A DNA stretch of 64,000 nucleotides, taken from positions 1-64,000 of the forward strand of contig CAVYRJ010000016.1 of the NCBI GenBank assembly GCA_963770935.1, read 5' to 3'. The notes beneath the pieces are model-generated. The model was not told the DNA's origin, made no database searches, and saw only the letters and a program-made list of their open reading frames with translations. Position numbers and translations under genes: made by a program. Shown here piece by piece: positions 21,398-32,585 of this stretch (position 1 is its first letter; every line of letters starts with the position of its first letter). The stretch is from Candidatus Bathyarchaeota archaeon. GTDB taxonomy: Archaea; Thermoproteota; Bathyarchaeia; Bathyarchaeales; Bathycorpusculaceae.

Positions 21398-22063
21398 TTG
21401 AGAAAACTTCAAGTTGCGTTTGTGCTGTCCTTCATTGTTATTATTTTGTCTTCTGCTGGTTTTGTCTCCGCTCTCAATACGAGCGATGCATCAGCAACAG
21501 TGTATTTGTCAAGCGAGACATTTCGCCCCAATGAAACTATAGCTTTTAGGATAACTTTCACGAGCAATACGGATCAGCAGATAATAGTTCAACGCATTGG
21601 AATCCATTTTGATTGGATGGGGGAAGACGTTTTTTCCGGTAAGGATTTAACTAGCAGTCCACAGACCATTCCAGGCTATGGCAATTATACCAGTGATCCA
21701 ATAATTGCGCAAATTCCCTTCAATGTAAGTGTTGGTTCACATACCTATTATGTAGGTGTAGATGGACTTGACGTATCAGGCAATTTCACTTGGAACGGAC
21801 CCAACCAAACCATACAAATAGCTTATTCCAATACAGGATCAACTACGCCCAACCCAACCCCCACCCCCACAGGAAACGGCAATCAAGATGAGAATCCACC
21901 GAACTTTGTACCGTACTTGATAATCGTGGCAGTCGCCGCCATTGTTATCGCTGTGTTTGTAATAATTAGGGAATTACGGAAAAAACCAAAACAGACTACT
22001 CCAGTAACGGAAAAAACTAACCCTCCAACTGAACAACCACAAAAAGATAACTACGATATCTAA
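21398..22063 (+). CDS. Surface protein with Ig-like domain, PT linker and TM anchor
   Basis: Signal peptide from TTG 21398, TPNPTPTPT linker, TM helix. Confidence 0.7.
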   Translation: MRKLQVAFVLSFIVIILSSAGFVSALNTSDASATVYLSSETFRPNETIAFRITFTSNTDQQIIVQRIGIHFDWMGEDVFSGKDLTSSPQTIPGYGNYTSDPIIAQIPFNVSVGSHTYYVGVDGLDVSGNFTWNGPNQTIQIAYSNTGSTTPNPTPTPTGNGNQDENPPNFVPYLIIVAVAAIVIAVFVIIRELRKKPKQTTPVTEKTNPPTEQPQKDNYDI

Positions 22064-22114
22064 TCAAGAAATTCTTCTTCAACATTCAACTAATCTTTCT
22101 TTCTAAAATTGATT

Positions 22115-22192
22115 TGGTGGACGAGCCGGGATTTGAACCCGGGACCTCCACGATGCCAACGTGGCGATCATGCCAGACTGATCTACTCGCCC
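22115..22192 (-). tRNA. tRNA-Ala(GGC), CCA encoded
   Basis: Cloverleaf GGGCGAG/CTCGTCC with G3:U70, anticodon arm CCACG-TTGGCAT-CGTGG, GTTCAAATC T-arm. Confidence 0.97.
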
Positions 22193-22378
22193 AAAGCATC
22201 TGGCTTCTGAAAGTTACCCACCTTCGTTTAATAAGCATTTCTTATGTGGTCAGAGGAAGCACCCACAAAAACTTGTTCATGGAGTTAATGGACATGTTTT
22301 GGATTCTGTCTATGATATCTGTGGAAAAATTTACATTACCGATTGAGTTGACTTACTTGGCGATCTAGGTGAGTATCG

Positions 22379-23345
22379 ATGAAAGATCTAATTGATTGGC
22401 TATTGAAGGGAGAGCCATTTGTCGAATATAGAACTCGGGTCGATTTGCTTGGGCAGCTGGAAAGTGAGCAGGAGGTTATCGATTCTCAAAAACGGATGGC
22501 TTCCGACCAAAAAATTCAGTCGCTACTGCAGGAATTGAAGAAATGGCCAGGAGAAGTTTTAAACAGCCACAAAAGCGCCAGCCAACCCTTCCATAAGCTG
22601 TCTTTCATTGCAGACCTTGGGCTCACAAAGAATGACCCAAGCGTTAACACAGTTGTGCAGAAGATTTTTGAGCACCAATCTGATGAAGGCCCCTTCCAGC
22701 TTCCTACTAATGTTCCAACGCATTTTGGGGGTTCTGGCACTGATACATGGGCATGGGCGTTGTGCGATGCACCAGTCATCATCTATTCCATAGCTAAATT
22801 CGGGTATGATAAAGATGCAAAGGTACAAAACGCCGTTAAGTATTTGGCTGGTTTAGTTCATGAAAACGGGTGGCACTGTGTTGTTTCAAAGGAACTTGGC
22901 AAGTTTCGAGGACCAGGAAGAAAAGAAGATCCTTGTCCATATGCGACTTTGGTAATGTTAAAGATGCTATCGCAGTTTGATGATTGGCGACAAAGCAAAG
23001 AAGCCCACGCTGGAGCAGAGTGCCTGCTGGATTTGTGGCAAAGGAGCTTGGAGGTTCATCCTTACATGTTTTATATGGGCACTGATTTTAGGAAACTTAA
23101 AGCGCCTTTTGTATGGTATGATATCTTACATGTTTTGGATGTGCTTTCGCAGTTTAGCTGGTTAAAAAGTGACCCCAGATTGGTCGAAATGGCGAATTTA
23201 GTAGAGTCTAAGGCTGACTAGTGAGGGAAAGTTTACGCCTGAGTCGGAGTGGAAAGCGTGGAAGGGCTGGGATTTCGGGCAGAAGAAACAGCCGTCAAGG
23301 TGGCTAACTTTTTTGGTATTGCGAACACTTAAACGCATAAGTTGA
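22379..23345 (+). CDS. Terpene-cyclase/prenyltransferase-repeat-like hypothetical protein, frameshifted near 23220
   Basis: QSDEG and HENGW repeats; the frame continues after the shift as GKFTPES...WDFGQKKQPSRWLT to TGA 23345. Confidence 0.65.
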
Positions 23346-23544
23346 ATGCAGCTTGTTTAATTTGCTTATGGCTAACTGTACACCAAGAAGATTAAGGAGT
23401 ACAAAATTCGGCAGTTGTTATGCATAGGAAGCTCTCTCCAACAATTACAGTAGAAAATAGGAGTGTATTCAACGAATCACATCTTTACCTGCGTAGCTTT
23501 TTATACGGCAAACGCAAATAGAAAAGCCAAGCAAGGTGCAATAT

Positions 23545-24598
23545 ATGCCCAAAGTTAAAGTTGCATTAATCGGCGTTGGAAACTGCGCCTCATCATTCAT
23601 CCAAGGCATTCAATATTATGGAAAACTCGAAAAGCCTGAAGACTGTTTTGGACTGCGCAACCCAGTTTTGGCAGGTTTAAGCCCCAAAGACATCCAAGTA
23701 GTCGCAGCCTTCGACGTGGATGATCGCAAGGTTGGCAAAGACCTCTCTGAAGCCATTTTTGCTAAGCCTAATAACGCGCCGAAAGTTTGTGATGTACCTT
23801 CAACAGGCGTGAAAGTTAGCAAGGGTCCATTGATGGACGGAGTTGGAGAGTCAACTAAAAGTATTATTCAAGTTAGCAAGGAAGCCGATGCGAACGTAGC
23901 AAAAATCCTCAAAGACTGCGGGTGCCGAAATCATTCTTAATTTGCTTCCAAGCGGAGCCTTAAAAGCCACCCAATTTTACGCAGAACAAGCCATAGCCGC
24001 GGGATGTGCTTTCGTGAACGTTACACCGAACTTCATTGCCAGCGACCCTGCTTGGGCAAAAAAGTTTGCTGATGCTAAACTTCCGCTCGTTGGCGACGAC
24101 TTAGTTGACCAAGTCGGTTCAACCGCACTACATAAAACCCTGCTTAAGTTGCTCTCAGACAACGGCGTCAGAATCAACGAAACCTACCAGCTTGATGTTG
24201 GCGGAGGAACCGAATCCGTAGACACCATGGAACGCACACGCGACACTAAACGCACCATAAAAACCGAATCCGTAGCAGCATCAATACCCTACAAAGCTGA
24301 AATTGTGGCAGGCTCAACCGACTACGTGGATTTCTTACAGAACAAACGTGACAGTTACTTTTGGATAAGCGGCGTCTACTTCTGCAATGCACCCATGAAA
24401 ATCGATCTTAAATTCCAAACTGTTGATGCACCAAACGCTGGCTCAGTGCTTTTCGATGTTGTACGCGCAGTAAAACTAGCCTTAAACAAGAAAGTTAAGG
24501 GTGCAGTGGAGCCAGTTTGCGCTTACGGGTTTAAGCGTCCGCCCAAGATGGTATCGCTTGAAGAAGCCGAAGCGCAATTCAAAAAATTCGTAAGCTAA
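23545..24598 (+). CDS. ino1: myo-inositol-1-phosphate synthase, frameshifted near 23923
   Basis: GVGNCASS, AFDVD, LVGDD, YQLDVGGG, DAPNAG, FKRPP. Confidence 0.9.
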
Positions 24599-25712
24599 AT
24601 TTTTTCTAGCTCTCCAATTATTTTATCTTTAACTCCGTTCTGTGCCAACGTATTTTTCAATGTAGTTATGGTTTTTACTGGCGTTGGGTCTTCTCCGCGC
24701 AAGACAGATAAATAAACACTTGCAAAGTCGCCGACAACTATGGTTGACAGCATCTTCGCCAACTGACTTTTGCCCTGCACTTCCAAATCAACCATTATCA
24801 ATCCCCTCCGCTCCATGATTTGTTTGGTGACTTCAATTCGGCTCTCAATTTCTACTGGTTCATCCGCGTCGCGAATAAGTATTATTGAATACCATTTGCA
24901 TTGTTCGCCTCTGCCCTCCCAACCGACTATCTCGTTATGATCTAGTTCAGGGAAATATTCCCATTTGGCAGCGGATTTGCTGTTCTCATTAAACTGCTGC
25001 TTAAACCGTTGGGCTACGCTGCGGTAGAAGCCGAACCCATAGACTATTGGGGATGATTCTCCAATTGTTTGAGCTAAATGCTTGGCAAAGTTTTCAATTG
25101 TTGGCTTTTCAGGGGCGTTGTCTTCGCTGATTTTTTCAAGAAGACTGAAAGTTTCGTTCAATTCTTCCTTTACGCCTTTTACTAATCCTGCTTTTTCCAT
25201 ATAAACCAAAAGCGGCAAAAGCATATAGGGCAACGCTGCACGCGGAGGCATTCCGCCGGGAACCTGAAGATAGGGCACCTTGAGTTTTTGCAGCGTATTT
25301 TAAGAGTGCACCGCCGCTACTTATGCAATAAATCATGCATTTACGTTTGAGTGCTTCAAGGAAACTACTCAAAGTCTCTTCTGTGTCGCCTGAGTAGCTC
25401 GTGATAAAAACCAATGTTCTCTTGTTGGCGTATGCTGGTAGCGTGTATTCTCGGCTTACCTCAATGGGAACGGTTAATTGGTTTTTTGCCCAATCTTTGA
25501 GTAAATCGCCGCCGATCGCTGAACCACCTAAACCCGCCACAACAATGTTGTCTGGGCTTAGGATAATCAACGATTATTCTTTCAGCGTTTTTTGCAGCTT
25601 CACGGTAATGTTTCGGAGCGTTTACACAAAAATCTAGCATTCCACTCTTATCAACGGCTTTTATTCTTTCAATGTTATCTAAAAGTGCTGTAGGCAACTT
25701 TGAATCCTCCAA
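24595..25712 (-). CDS. Bifunctional phosphoglucose/phosphomannose isomerase (two frameshifts)
   Basis: GLGGSAIGG, SYSGDTEET, SSGG, PPRAA, QFNENSK, PELDHNE across three ORFs. Confidence 0.9.
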
Positions 25713-25788
25713 ATAACACGCAGTTTTATATCTCGTTCCACCCTTTTAAGCACAACGCAGACAGCAAAAACAGCCGAGGCAAAAGCGT

Positions 25789-26648
25789 ATGGATAAAAAG
25801 AAACTTACAATCGCAATTCCCGCATCAACAATCTCCGATACACCCCACCTTAGAGAAAAAACAGCGAAAATTGGATTGATTGGGCGGGCAGCCGCGATTT
25901 TCAGAGTGGACGAAATCATCGTTTACCCTGATAGCCCCAAAGTTGATCAACGCAGAGATTTGGATTTTATGGCTTTATTGCTCAACTATTTAGAGACACC
26001 TCAGTACCTGCGAAAACAGTCTGTTCAAGCTTGAACCAGATTTGGAATATGCGGGGATTCTGCCGCCTTTGACGAACGCCACATCACCCCTTGAGCGGAA
26101 AAACCAAACATTTGAAAGTTGGGCGAATACCGTGAAGGCGTGGTTTTGTCTGAAAATAAAGAGGGTTTGATCGTTGACATCGGGGTTCAGCAGCCTGCGC
26201 TTTTACGCCAAAAAGAGTTCGCTGTCGGCGACCGTTTAACACTGCAATTAGTCAACATTGGCAAACAGATTGAAGTTCAGGCAGTAAGCCGCGAAGATGT
26301 CCCACAATATTGGGGTTATAAGGTTCAGGTGGAGAAACGTTCTTTTGGTCAGCTGGTGGCGGATAGTGCGTTTATGATTTAAGGATTGCTACAGCTCGAA
26401 TTGGAGACAATTTTATGACTGTTGCAGGCAAGATCGGCTTGAAATGGGTCGGTAGCCAGCGGGTTTTGATAGCTTTTGGTGCACCTTCGCGGGGACTGCA
26501 TGAGATTGTCCAAGATGAAGGCTTAAACCTCTCGGATATAGCAGATTTTATGATAAACATGGTTCCAAATCAGGGAACAGTCACAATTAGAACCGAGGAA
26601 GCCCTATTGGCGACTTTAGCCATTTTCAACATGCATTTCAGTTATTGA
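25789..26648 (+). CDS. SPOUT-family RNA methyltransferase (MTH1/COG2106 type), multiple frameshifts
   Basis: GRAAAIFRVDEI, ETPQYLRK, FGAPSRG, PNQGTVTIRTEEA. Confidence 0.85.
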
Positions 26649-26716
26649 GGTTTATCTGGCAATTCCTACTTGTTTTGGCTAAAGAAATAAAAGCTTCTTT
26701 TTGTTATGTGCAGTTT

Positions 26717-27861
26717 ATGCCCTCTCTTGACCTTGCCATGCCACTTGCTCTGTTTATTGTGGTCATGGTTGCTTTGCTTCTAAACAAGCGTGTTGAGGGA
26801 AAGCTGATGGCAACGGTTGAAAAAAAAGAGTTCAGATCAAGAGACATCATATTACTTGTTGGTTTAATGTCTATCATAATCTCCGTGTTAGCTTACACCT
26901 CGTTGCTTAATCCTGGAGCAATCGTCGAGAATATTTTGCTTGTAATGTTCCTGACATCATACAGTACACTATTGTTCACGTTCTCATACGTGTTCTCAAA
27001 CGTTTCCCAAACAAGAGTAAGTTTACTCTCTGTGGGCTTCGGATTAGTTAGCGCAGTAACTGGAATTATTTGTCTTTTCCCCACACTTCAAGACAGCTTC
27101 ACAGTTGTTAGGATTGCCGCATTTTTTGGTTTAGCAATATTTTGTTTCGGCGTTGCATTCTATGAACAGGGAAAAAACGTAATCGCGAAAACTCGGTGGT
27201 ACCTGGCTGTTCAGCCACCTGCAATGTTTCTGTTTCTCTTCATATTCTTCAATTTCATTAACAACTCAGGCACAGCGTCAATTTGGGCACCATTTCTTAT
27301 GGATGTCTTCGGTTTCACGTTTGCCATTCTTAATCATTCTATATTTGTCATCCCTGTTCACCTGGAAGACTGTGGGGCTTTTTGCAGTTCTCTTAACCAC
27401 CATGGATATTATTCTGGTTATTGGGACATCAGCGATGCTCACAGCTGCAAATACGTTTACTGGACTTGGGCTTCCAGTGCTTGTGTATTTGCCACAAATT
27501 CCTCTTGAGGCAACTGCACAAGGGATAGCTTTTAGAGGACTAGGCTTAGGCGACTTCTTCTTTGCAGGAGTTTTAGCAGTTCAAACCTTCAACAAGTTCG
27601 GTAAAAAAACAGCTTTCATATCCATAGTAGCGAATGGCAGTAGCCTTTGGCATTTGGGAAGCATTTCTAAGAGACATAATTATTTGGTTGACCCCCATTC
27701 TTGGACGAGACATTGGTGGATTCCCGGGAACTTTAATGATTATAAGCGGTTGGGCACCTATCGTAGCTTGGAAACTGCTTACAACAAGAAAAAAATCTGA
27801 AACACCAATCGTTTTGGAACCGCCTCAAACGCCCAAAAACCAAACTTTACCTATACAATAA
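26717..27861 (+). CDS. Presenilin/signal-peptide-peptidase (A22) GxGD intramembrane aspartyl protease, two frameshifts
   Basis: TTMDIILV and GLGLGDFF catalytic aspartate motifs, FPGTL at the PAL position. Confidence 0.8.
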
Positions 27862-27951
27862 ACACTAAAAATTTTTTAACTAAGTGGACAAATTAAATAA
27901 AGATAAATAGTTTTTTGGGAAAAATAAATTAGAAATAAGATTCGGCTTATT

Positions 27952-28272
27952 TTACCCGAATAGGGCGCCTAATCCTTCTAGTGCTGCGTCTTCTTTGGCT
28001 TTTTCTTCTTCAGCTTTCTTCTTCTTGTCTTCTGGTGCGGCTGCTGCTGGCTTCGATTCTCCTGCTGGAGCTGCTACTGGGGCGGCTGTCATCATTGTCG
28101 GTGCGGCTTTGATTGCTTCATCAATGTTTACTTCGCTGAGTGATGCTACGAGTGCTTTAACTTGGATTGGGTCAACTGTAACTCCTGCTGCGGTTAGAAC
28201 TTTTGTTACTGATTCTTCGTTTATTTCTTTACCTGCCTTGTGAAGGAGCATCGCTGCGTAAATATTTTCCAT
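27952..28272 (-). CDS. rpl12: 50S ribosomal stalk protein P1/L12
   Basis: [11 protein letters not shown]...[10 protein letters not shown]; SD GAGGTGA upstream. Confidence 0.97.
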   Translation of the reverse strand: MENIYAAMLLHKAGKEINEESVTKVLTAAGVTVDPIQVKALVASLSEVNIDEAIKAAPTMMTAAPVAAPAGESKPAAAAPEDKKKKAEEEKAKEDAALEGLGALFG

Positions 28273-28386
28273 ACCTTTTCACCTCTTCATCGGACTATTT
28301 TAATTTTTTTTATCTGGTCTGACCTGCTTTTTTTAGAAGCTGGTCGTTACCTGAATTGGCAGTTTAATCCGCCGTTTTCTTGCCGT
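28273..28386 (-). promoter_or_regulatory. Long structured 5' leader of rpl12
   Basis: TATA-like TTCTTAAG near 28410; hairpins at 28358-28373 and 28316-28351. Confidence 0.45.
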
Positions 28387-28547
28387 TTAGAAGAATACCC
28401 AATGCCTTAAGAACCTTTCGTACATGTAACAGGGCTAGTTATAATCCATATTTTTCTTTCCAGTTTCAATTAAAAATTGCTATGTAGCCAACAACACTTA
28501 TCTTGCAGAATAAACCACAATGCGGATAGTTCAAAGGTTATGGTACT

Positions 28548-29510
28548 ATGGGAAATATTACAGTCGCAATCCTTGGCGCCTTAGATTACGGAAGCACTCT
28601 TGCAAAAAAAGGGACCGCTACAGACATAACTCTCTACAACCTCAAAAAAGGCGAAGATACTGTCACGTTCATCGAACCTACCCGCTACCCTGAACGGTTG
28701 GCACCACTGTTCTATGCATGCGCCTTAGCTAAAGAAGCCATCATCATTGTAGACGAACTTAACGCTACCTTTGGCGAACAACTTGTGATGCTGCAGTGCT
28801 CAGATATTAAAACTGGCTACATTGTTTTACGAAATTACATTCCTAAAGAAAAAATCCAGCCAATAATCAAAGGAACTAGCCTTGAAAACTTTGAGTTCGT
28901 AGCTGACGACCCAAATCAATTGCGCGAAAAACTCTTGGCAGATGCAGCCAAACAAAAACCAGCCCCAAACGCACAAACAATCGGAACAGTGCCTGTTGAC
29001 CACGCTTTTAACGTTAAAGGCGTCGGCGTAGTCGTTTTAGGCATAGTCGCGTATGGCACAATCCAAAAACATGCCACATTAAATGTTTTACCAGCCGCCA
29101 AAACCGCCCAAGTCCGCTCAATCCAAAAACACGACGACGAATTTGACGTGGCAGGCGAAGGTGACCGCGTTGGTTTAGCATTAAAAAACGTTGAAGTCGA
29201 AGACTTAGACCGCGGTACAATCTTAACAAATGATCCATCAATTAAAACCATAACTAAACTTCAGGTTCAAGCTTCGCTGGTTAAGTATTGGCAAACACCC
29301 ATTAAAGCTGGCATGGTTGTGCATATTGGGCATTGGACCCAGTTCATAACCGCGAAAGTGGAAGCTGCCACCGAAGCAAGCGACCCCAAAAAGCCAATCC
29401 TCTCCGTAACGCTTGATAGACCCCTTGTTTATCGTCCCAATGACAAGGCAGTGTTGATGTATTTGGATGGCGCCAAGCTACGAGTTGCAGGAACAGTTGG
29501 CCTTCCTTAA
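28548..29510 (+). CDS. SelB/EF-Tu-like translation factor with degenerate G domain (MM1309 type)
   Basis: KKGTATDITLYN, VDHAFNVKGVG, GDRVGLALK. Confidence 0.85.
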   Translation: MGNITVAILGALDYGSTLAKKGTATDITLYNLKKGEDTVTFIEPTRYPERLAPLFYACALAKEAIIIVDELNATFGEQLVMLQCSDIKTGYIVLRNYIPKEKIQPIIKGTSLENFEFVADDPNQLREKLLADAAKQKPAPNAQTIGTVPVDHAFNVKGVGVVVLGIVAYGTIQKHATLNVLPAAKTAQVRSIQKHDDEFDVAGEGDRVGLALKNVEVEDLDRGTILTNDPSIKTITKLQVQASLVKYWQTPIKAGMVVHIGHWTQFITAKVEAATEASDPKKPILSVTLDRPLVYRPNDKAVLMYLDGAKLRVAGTVGLP

Positions 29511-29732
29511 GGATACGCCTAAAAATGGCCTGACGCCATAGACTGCATAAAGTTTGTTTAAACTTATCCGCTCTCACTCTTTCTACTGGCTGGGAATTTT
29601 TGTTGATAATCTCATCCCAGGTGAGTGATCGGGTGACTTGTTTAAGGGACTATGGTTGCTGAGAATAATTAGCTTTGTGTTTTGCTGGTTTGGTTGCAAT
29701 AATCCATATATCCCAATGGGAATAATCCGACC

Positions 29733-30875
29733 TTGATGAATATGTATCGGACTGGCGTTGCAAACTTGCCTCTGCACGGCGGCAAAGCGCCTTCTTGGCT
29801 TACAGGGCGCATGCAGAAGTTAGCTAAGGAAATTGCCAGCATCATGATTGAGGAGCAAGGCACAACAAAATTTATACAACGCCTCAGTGACCCATTTTGG
29901 TTTCAAGCTTTTGGCTGCATTTTGGCTTACGACTGGCACAGCAGCGGCGTAACCACAGTGGTCACTGGCATCCTTAAATGTGCTCTTTCACCGAATGAGC
30001 ACGGAGTTGCTGTTTGTGGAGGCAAAGGCAAAACCAGCCGAAAAACTCCCGGCGACATTGCAGCAGCCGGCAAAAAATTCGGCTTTTCAGAACAAACCGT
30101 TGATGATCTCACCTATACGAGCCGCATGACTGCAAAAGTTGACAACACCGCTATCCAAGCGGGCTACCAGCTCTATCATCATGCTTTCCTCGTAACCAAG
30201 GATGAGAAGTGGGCGGTTATTCAGCAGGGCATGAGCGACCAAGACTCTTCGGCGAGGCGCTATCATTGGCTAAGCGAAAACACCCAGAGTTTCGTAGAAG
30301 AACCCCACAATGCTATCGCATGTAACATCAAACGCGAATGCGCTCTAAACATGGTTGCGAAAACCAGCGATGCAGCCCGCAAAGCCTCCGTCGACCTCTC
30401 AAAAGAACCTACAAAAAAGCTCTACAGCCTAATTCAATCCACTGCAAGACCACTAAACCAAACATCGCTGCAACAGTGGCTTCCCAAAATCAGCAACTCA
30501 TGGATACAAACCCAAACAACCCTAAACATGCCCCGCAACATCAACTGGGATACCCTTGCTCGCATTTACGAGTTTCAACCCAGCGACTATGAGGAATTGC
30601 TCAGCGTCAGGGGCGTTGGACCGGCTACTGTGCGTGGATTAGCACTCGTAGCTGAACTGATTTATGGCGAAGCGCCCAGTTGGGAAGACCCCGTTAAATT
30701 CAGCTTTGCATACGGCGGCAAAGATGGCGTGCCTTACCCTGTCAACAGGAAAGCCATGGATGAATCCATCGAAATCCTCAAGCAATCGGTGCAGGAAGCG
30801 AAAATCGGTGACAAAGAAAAAAAGCAATCGCTGCAGAGATTACGCTACTATGTTCCTGAGACCGCAAATTCTTAA
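29733..30875 (+). CDS. DUF763 family protein
   Basis: LPLHGGKAP, DWHSSG, HhH GVGPAT, GGKDGVPYP. Confidence 0.9.
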   Translation: MMNMYRTGVANLPLHGGKAPSWLTGRMQKLAKEIASIMIEEQGTTKFIQRLSDPFWFQAFGCILAYDWHSSGVTTVVTGILKCALSPNEHGVAVCGGKGKTSRKTPGDIAAAGKKFGFSEQTVDDLTYTSRMTAKVDNTAIQAGYQLYHHAFLVTKDEKWAVIQQGMSDQDSSARRYHWLSENTQSFVEEPHNAIACNIKRECALNMVAKTSDAARKASVDLSKEPTKKLYSLIQSTARPLNQTSLQQWLPKISNSWIQTQTTLNMPRNINWDTLARIYEFQPSDYEELLSVRGVGPATVRGLALVAELIYGEAPSWEDPVKFSFAYGGKDGVPYPVNRKAMDESIEILKQSVQEAKIGDKEKKQSLQRLRYYVPETANS

Positions 30876-30902
30876 AACAAGTTCCGCTAAATAAGTGAAG
30901 GT

Positions 30903-31499
30903 ATGTCAACTTCGCAAAATGCTGTTTACCAAAGGTTGGGTGCGTCTGCAGGGATAGTTGCACCCATTTTAGGTTTCGCCTGTATTCTATCTGCCATTGC
31001 AACTTACCTACCATTCAGCTGGACAAACAATGCATTAAGCGACTTAGGCGTCGTTTCGGGCGTAACTGGGGCGCTCTTCAATTTTGGGCTGGTTGCAAGC
31101 GGATTTTTAGCTTTCAACTTTGCCATATTCGGTCTATTCACTTACTTTGGGAAAAGTTGGGTTGGCAAAATTGGCTCGGTGGTTTTTGCAGGCGCAACAT
31201 TGGCACTTATTGCTATCGGCGTCTTTAACGAGAGTTATTCGCCAACGCATTACTTGGTTTCAGTTACATTCTTTATGTTGGCACCCATTTCGCTTTTCAT
31301 CTTAACCAGCGCCTTTTGGCTATGTAACCAACGCAGAATGGCGGTGTTCACGGTTATGGTTGGGTTCATCGCGGCTTTACCTTGGCTTTTGTTTTTTGCG
31401 TTTAACTATGTGCCCAATGTGGCGATTCCTGAATCTGTTTCGGGGATTGCGGTTTCAGCGTGGGCTATTGTGGTTGGCAGAAAAATGCTAAAAACCTGA
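30903..31499 (+). CDS. DUF998 membrane protein
   Basis: FSWTNNALSDLG, FNFGL, AIPE. Confidence 0.85.
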   Translation: MSTSQNAVYQRLGASAGIVAPILGFACILSAIATYLPFSWTNNALSDLGVVSGVTGALFNFGLVASGFLAFNFAIFGLFTYFGKSWVGKIGSVVFAGATLALIAIGVFNESYSPTHYLVSVTFFMLAPISLFILTSAFWLCNQRRMAVFTVMVGFIAALPWLLFFAFNYVPNVAIPESVSGIAVSAWAIVVGRKMLKT

Positions 31500-32501
31500 G
31501 TTATTTTTGACGGCATCGATGTACATCTGGGCGCAACAATAAGAAGAAAAACTGGTTTTGTAATCCTTGCTTTTCGCATACTTGATGGCTTCTTCACTCG
31601 GAAACGCAACAGCATCCACCCCAGCCTTTAACGCCAAAACATCTGTTTCGCCGCGGCTGACGTCTTTGGGACGCATGCAACCTAAGACAAGCGGGATTTC
31701 GGGAAACATTTGGCGTGCCAGCGCCGTGACTTTGGCAATGTCGAGGGGTTTGGGGGGCGGTGTTTTTGCCATAGCGGTTCCGTGGATAGGCATGAACGCA
31801 ATTATTACAAGGGCAGAGGGCTTAACTTGCCTTATCATCTGGAGGGCTCGCAGTTCACCGTCAAATCTGCCCTCGTTTAACCCAACGATAACATGAGGCA
31901 CAAACGGTATTTTTGTTTCTTGCAGCGCTTTAAGCGAATCCGCATAGTCCTGGACGGTTACTTTGAGGTTATAGATCTTTCCGATCGTTTCAGCAGAGCC
32001 AATTGCATCTATCAATGCAGCATCAACCCCTGCATCCTTAAGTGCAATTGCCATTTCCTGCTTGATTATGCCCGTATGAACAAAGACGGTTAAGCCAAGC
32101 TCCTGCTTAAACCTCTCAAGCACAGGCACAAAGCTATCCAGAGGCACAGAACCATCAGGCAAGCATCCCCCGCTGACGAGGCACCCTTTAGCGCCATTCT
32201 GCTTTAGCTTCAAGCCCAACTCAAACAGCTCTTGGGGCGAGAGCGCTGGATGCATGGTTTCAAGCACTTTGCCTTCGCAATGTTTACACTTCAAGGCGCA
32301 GGCGATACCTGTGACGGAGATAGTTGGGAAGTCGTTTCTTTGAGAGCAATAGTGTTTGGTTCTGTAGTAGGTGAAGCTTGGGGCGTAAAAGCGGATTTCT
32401 TTGCCTCTCGGCTTGAATGTGCCTGTTTCCAGTTGCGATAGAAGCTCATTTTCGCTTAAATTCCAAATCGTTTCAGGGTTGAGTTGTGCCATGTTTTTCA
32501 A
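31488..32501 (-). CDS. Radical SAM protein (biotin-synthase-related, COG1856-like)
   Basis: CALKCKHC, LVSGGC, PHV, LGCMRP. Confidence 0.9.
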   Translation of the reverse strand: MKNMAQLNPETIWNLSENELLSQLETGTFKPRGKEIRFYAPSFTYYRTKHYCSQRNDFPTISVTGIACALKCKHCEGKVLETMHPALSPQELFELGLKLKQNGAKGCLVSGGCLPDGSVPLDSFVPVLERFKQELGLTVFVHTGIIKQEMAIALKDAGVDAALIDAIGSAETIGKIYNLKVTVQDYADSLKALQETKIPFVPHVIVGLNEGRFDGELRALQMIRQVKPSALVIIAFMPIHGTAMAKTPPPKPLDIAKVTALARQMFPEIPLVLGCMRPKDVSRGETDVLALKAGVDAVAFPSEEAIKYAKSKDYKTSFSSYCCAQMYIDAVKNNSGF

Positions 32502-32585
32502 TCGTAAGAATCAATGGCTGCCTTAATAGTTTAGCGCAAATCCCATTTTGCTGATTTAAATAATTTGGATAGACGCCACCGAGCA

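Noticed and set aside
22114-22368. 84-aa plus-strand ORF MVDEPGFEPGTS
   Set aside because: It is the antisense reading of tRNA-Ala
23900-27640. Programmed frameshifting in INO1, PGI/PMI, SPOUT and presenilin
   Set aside because: No shared slippery motif, several shifts per gene and regional clustering all favour sequence error
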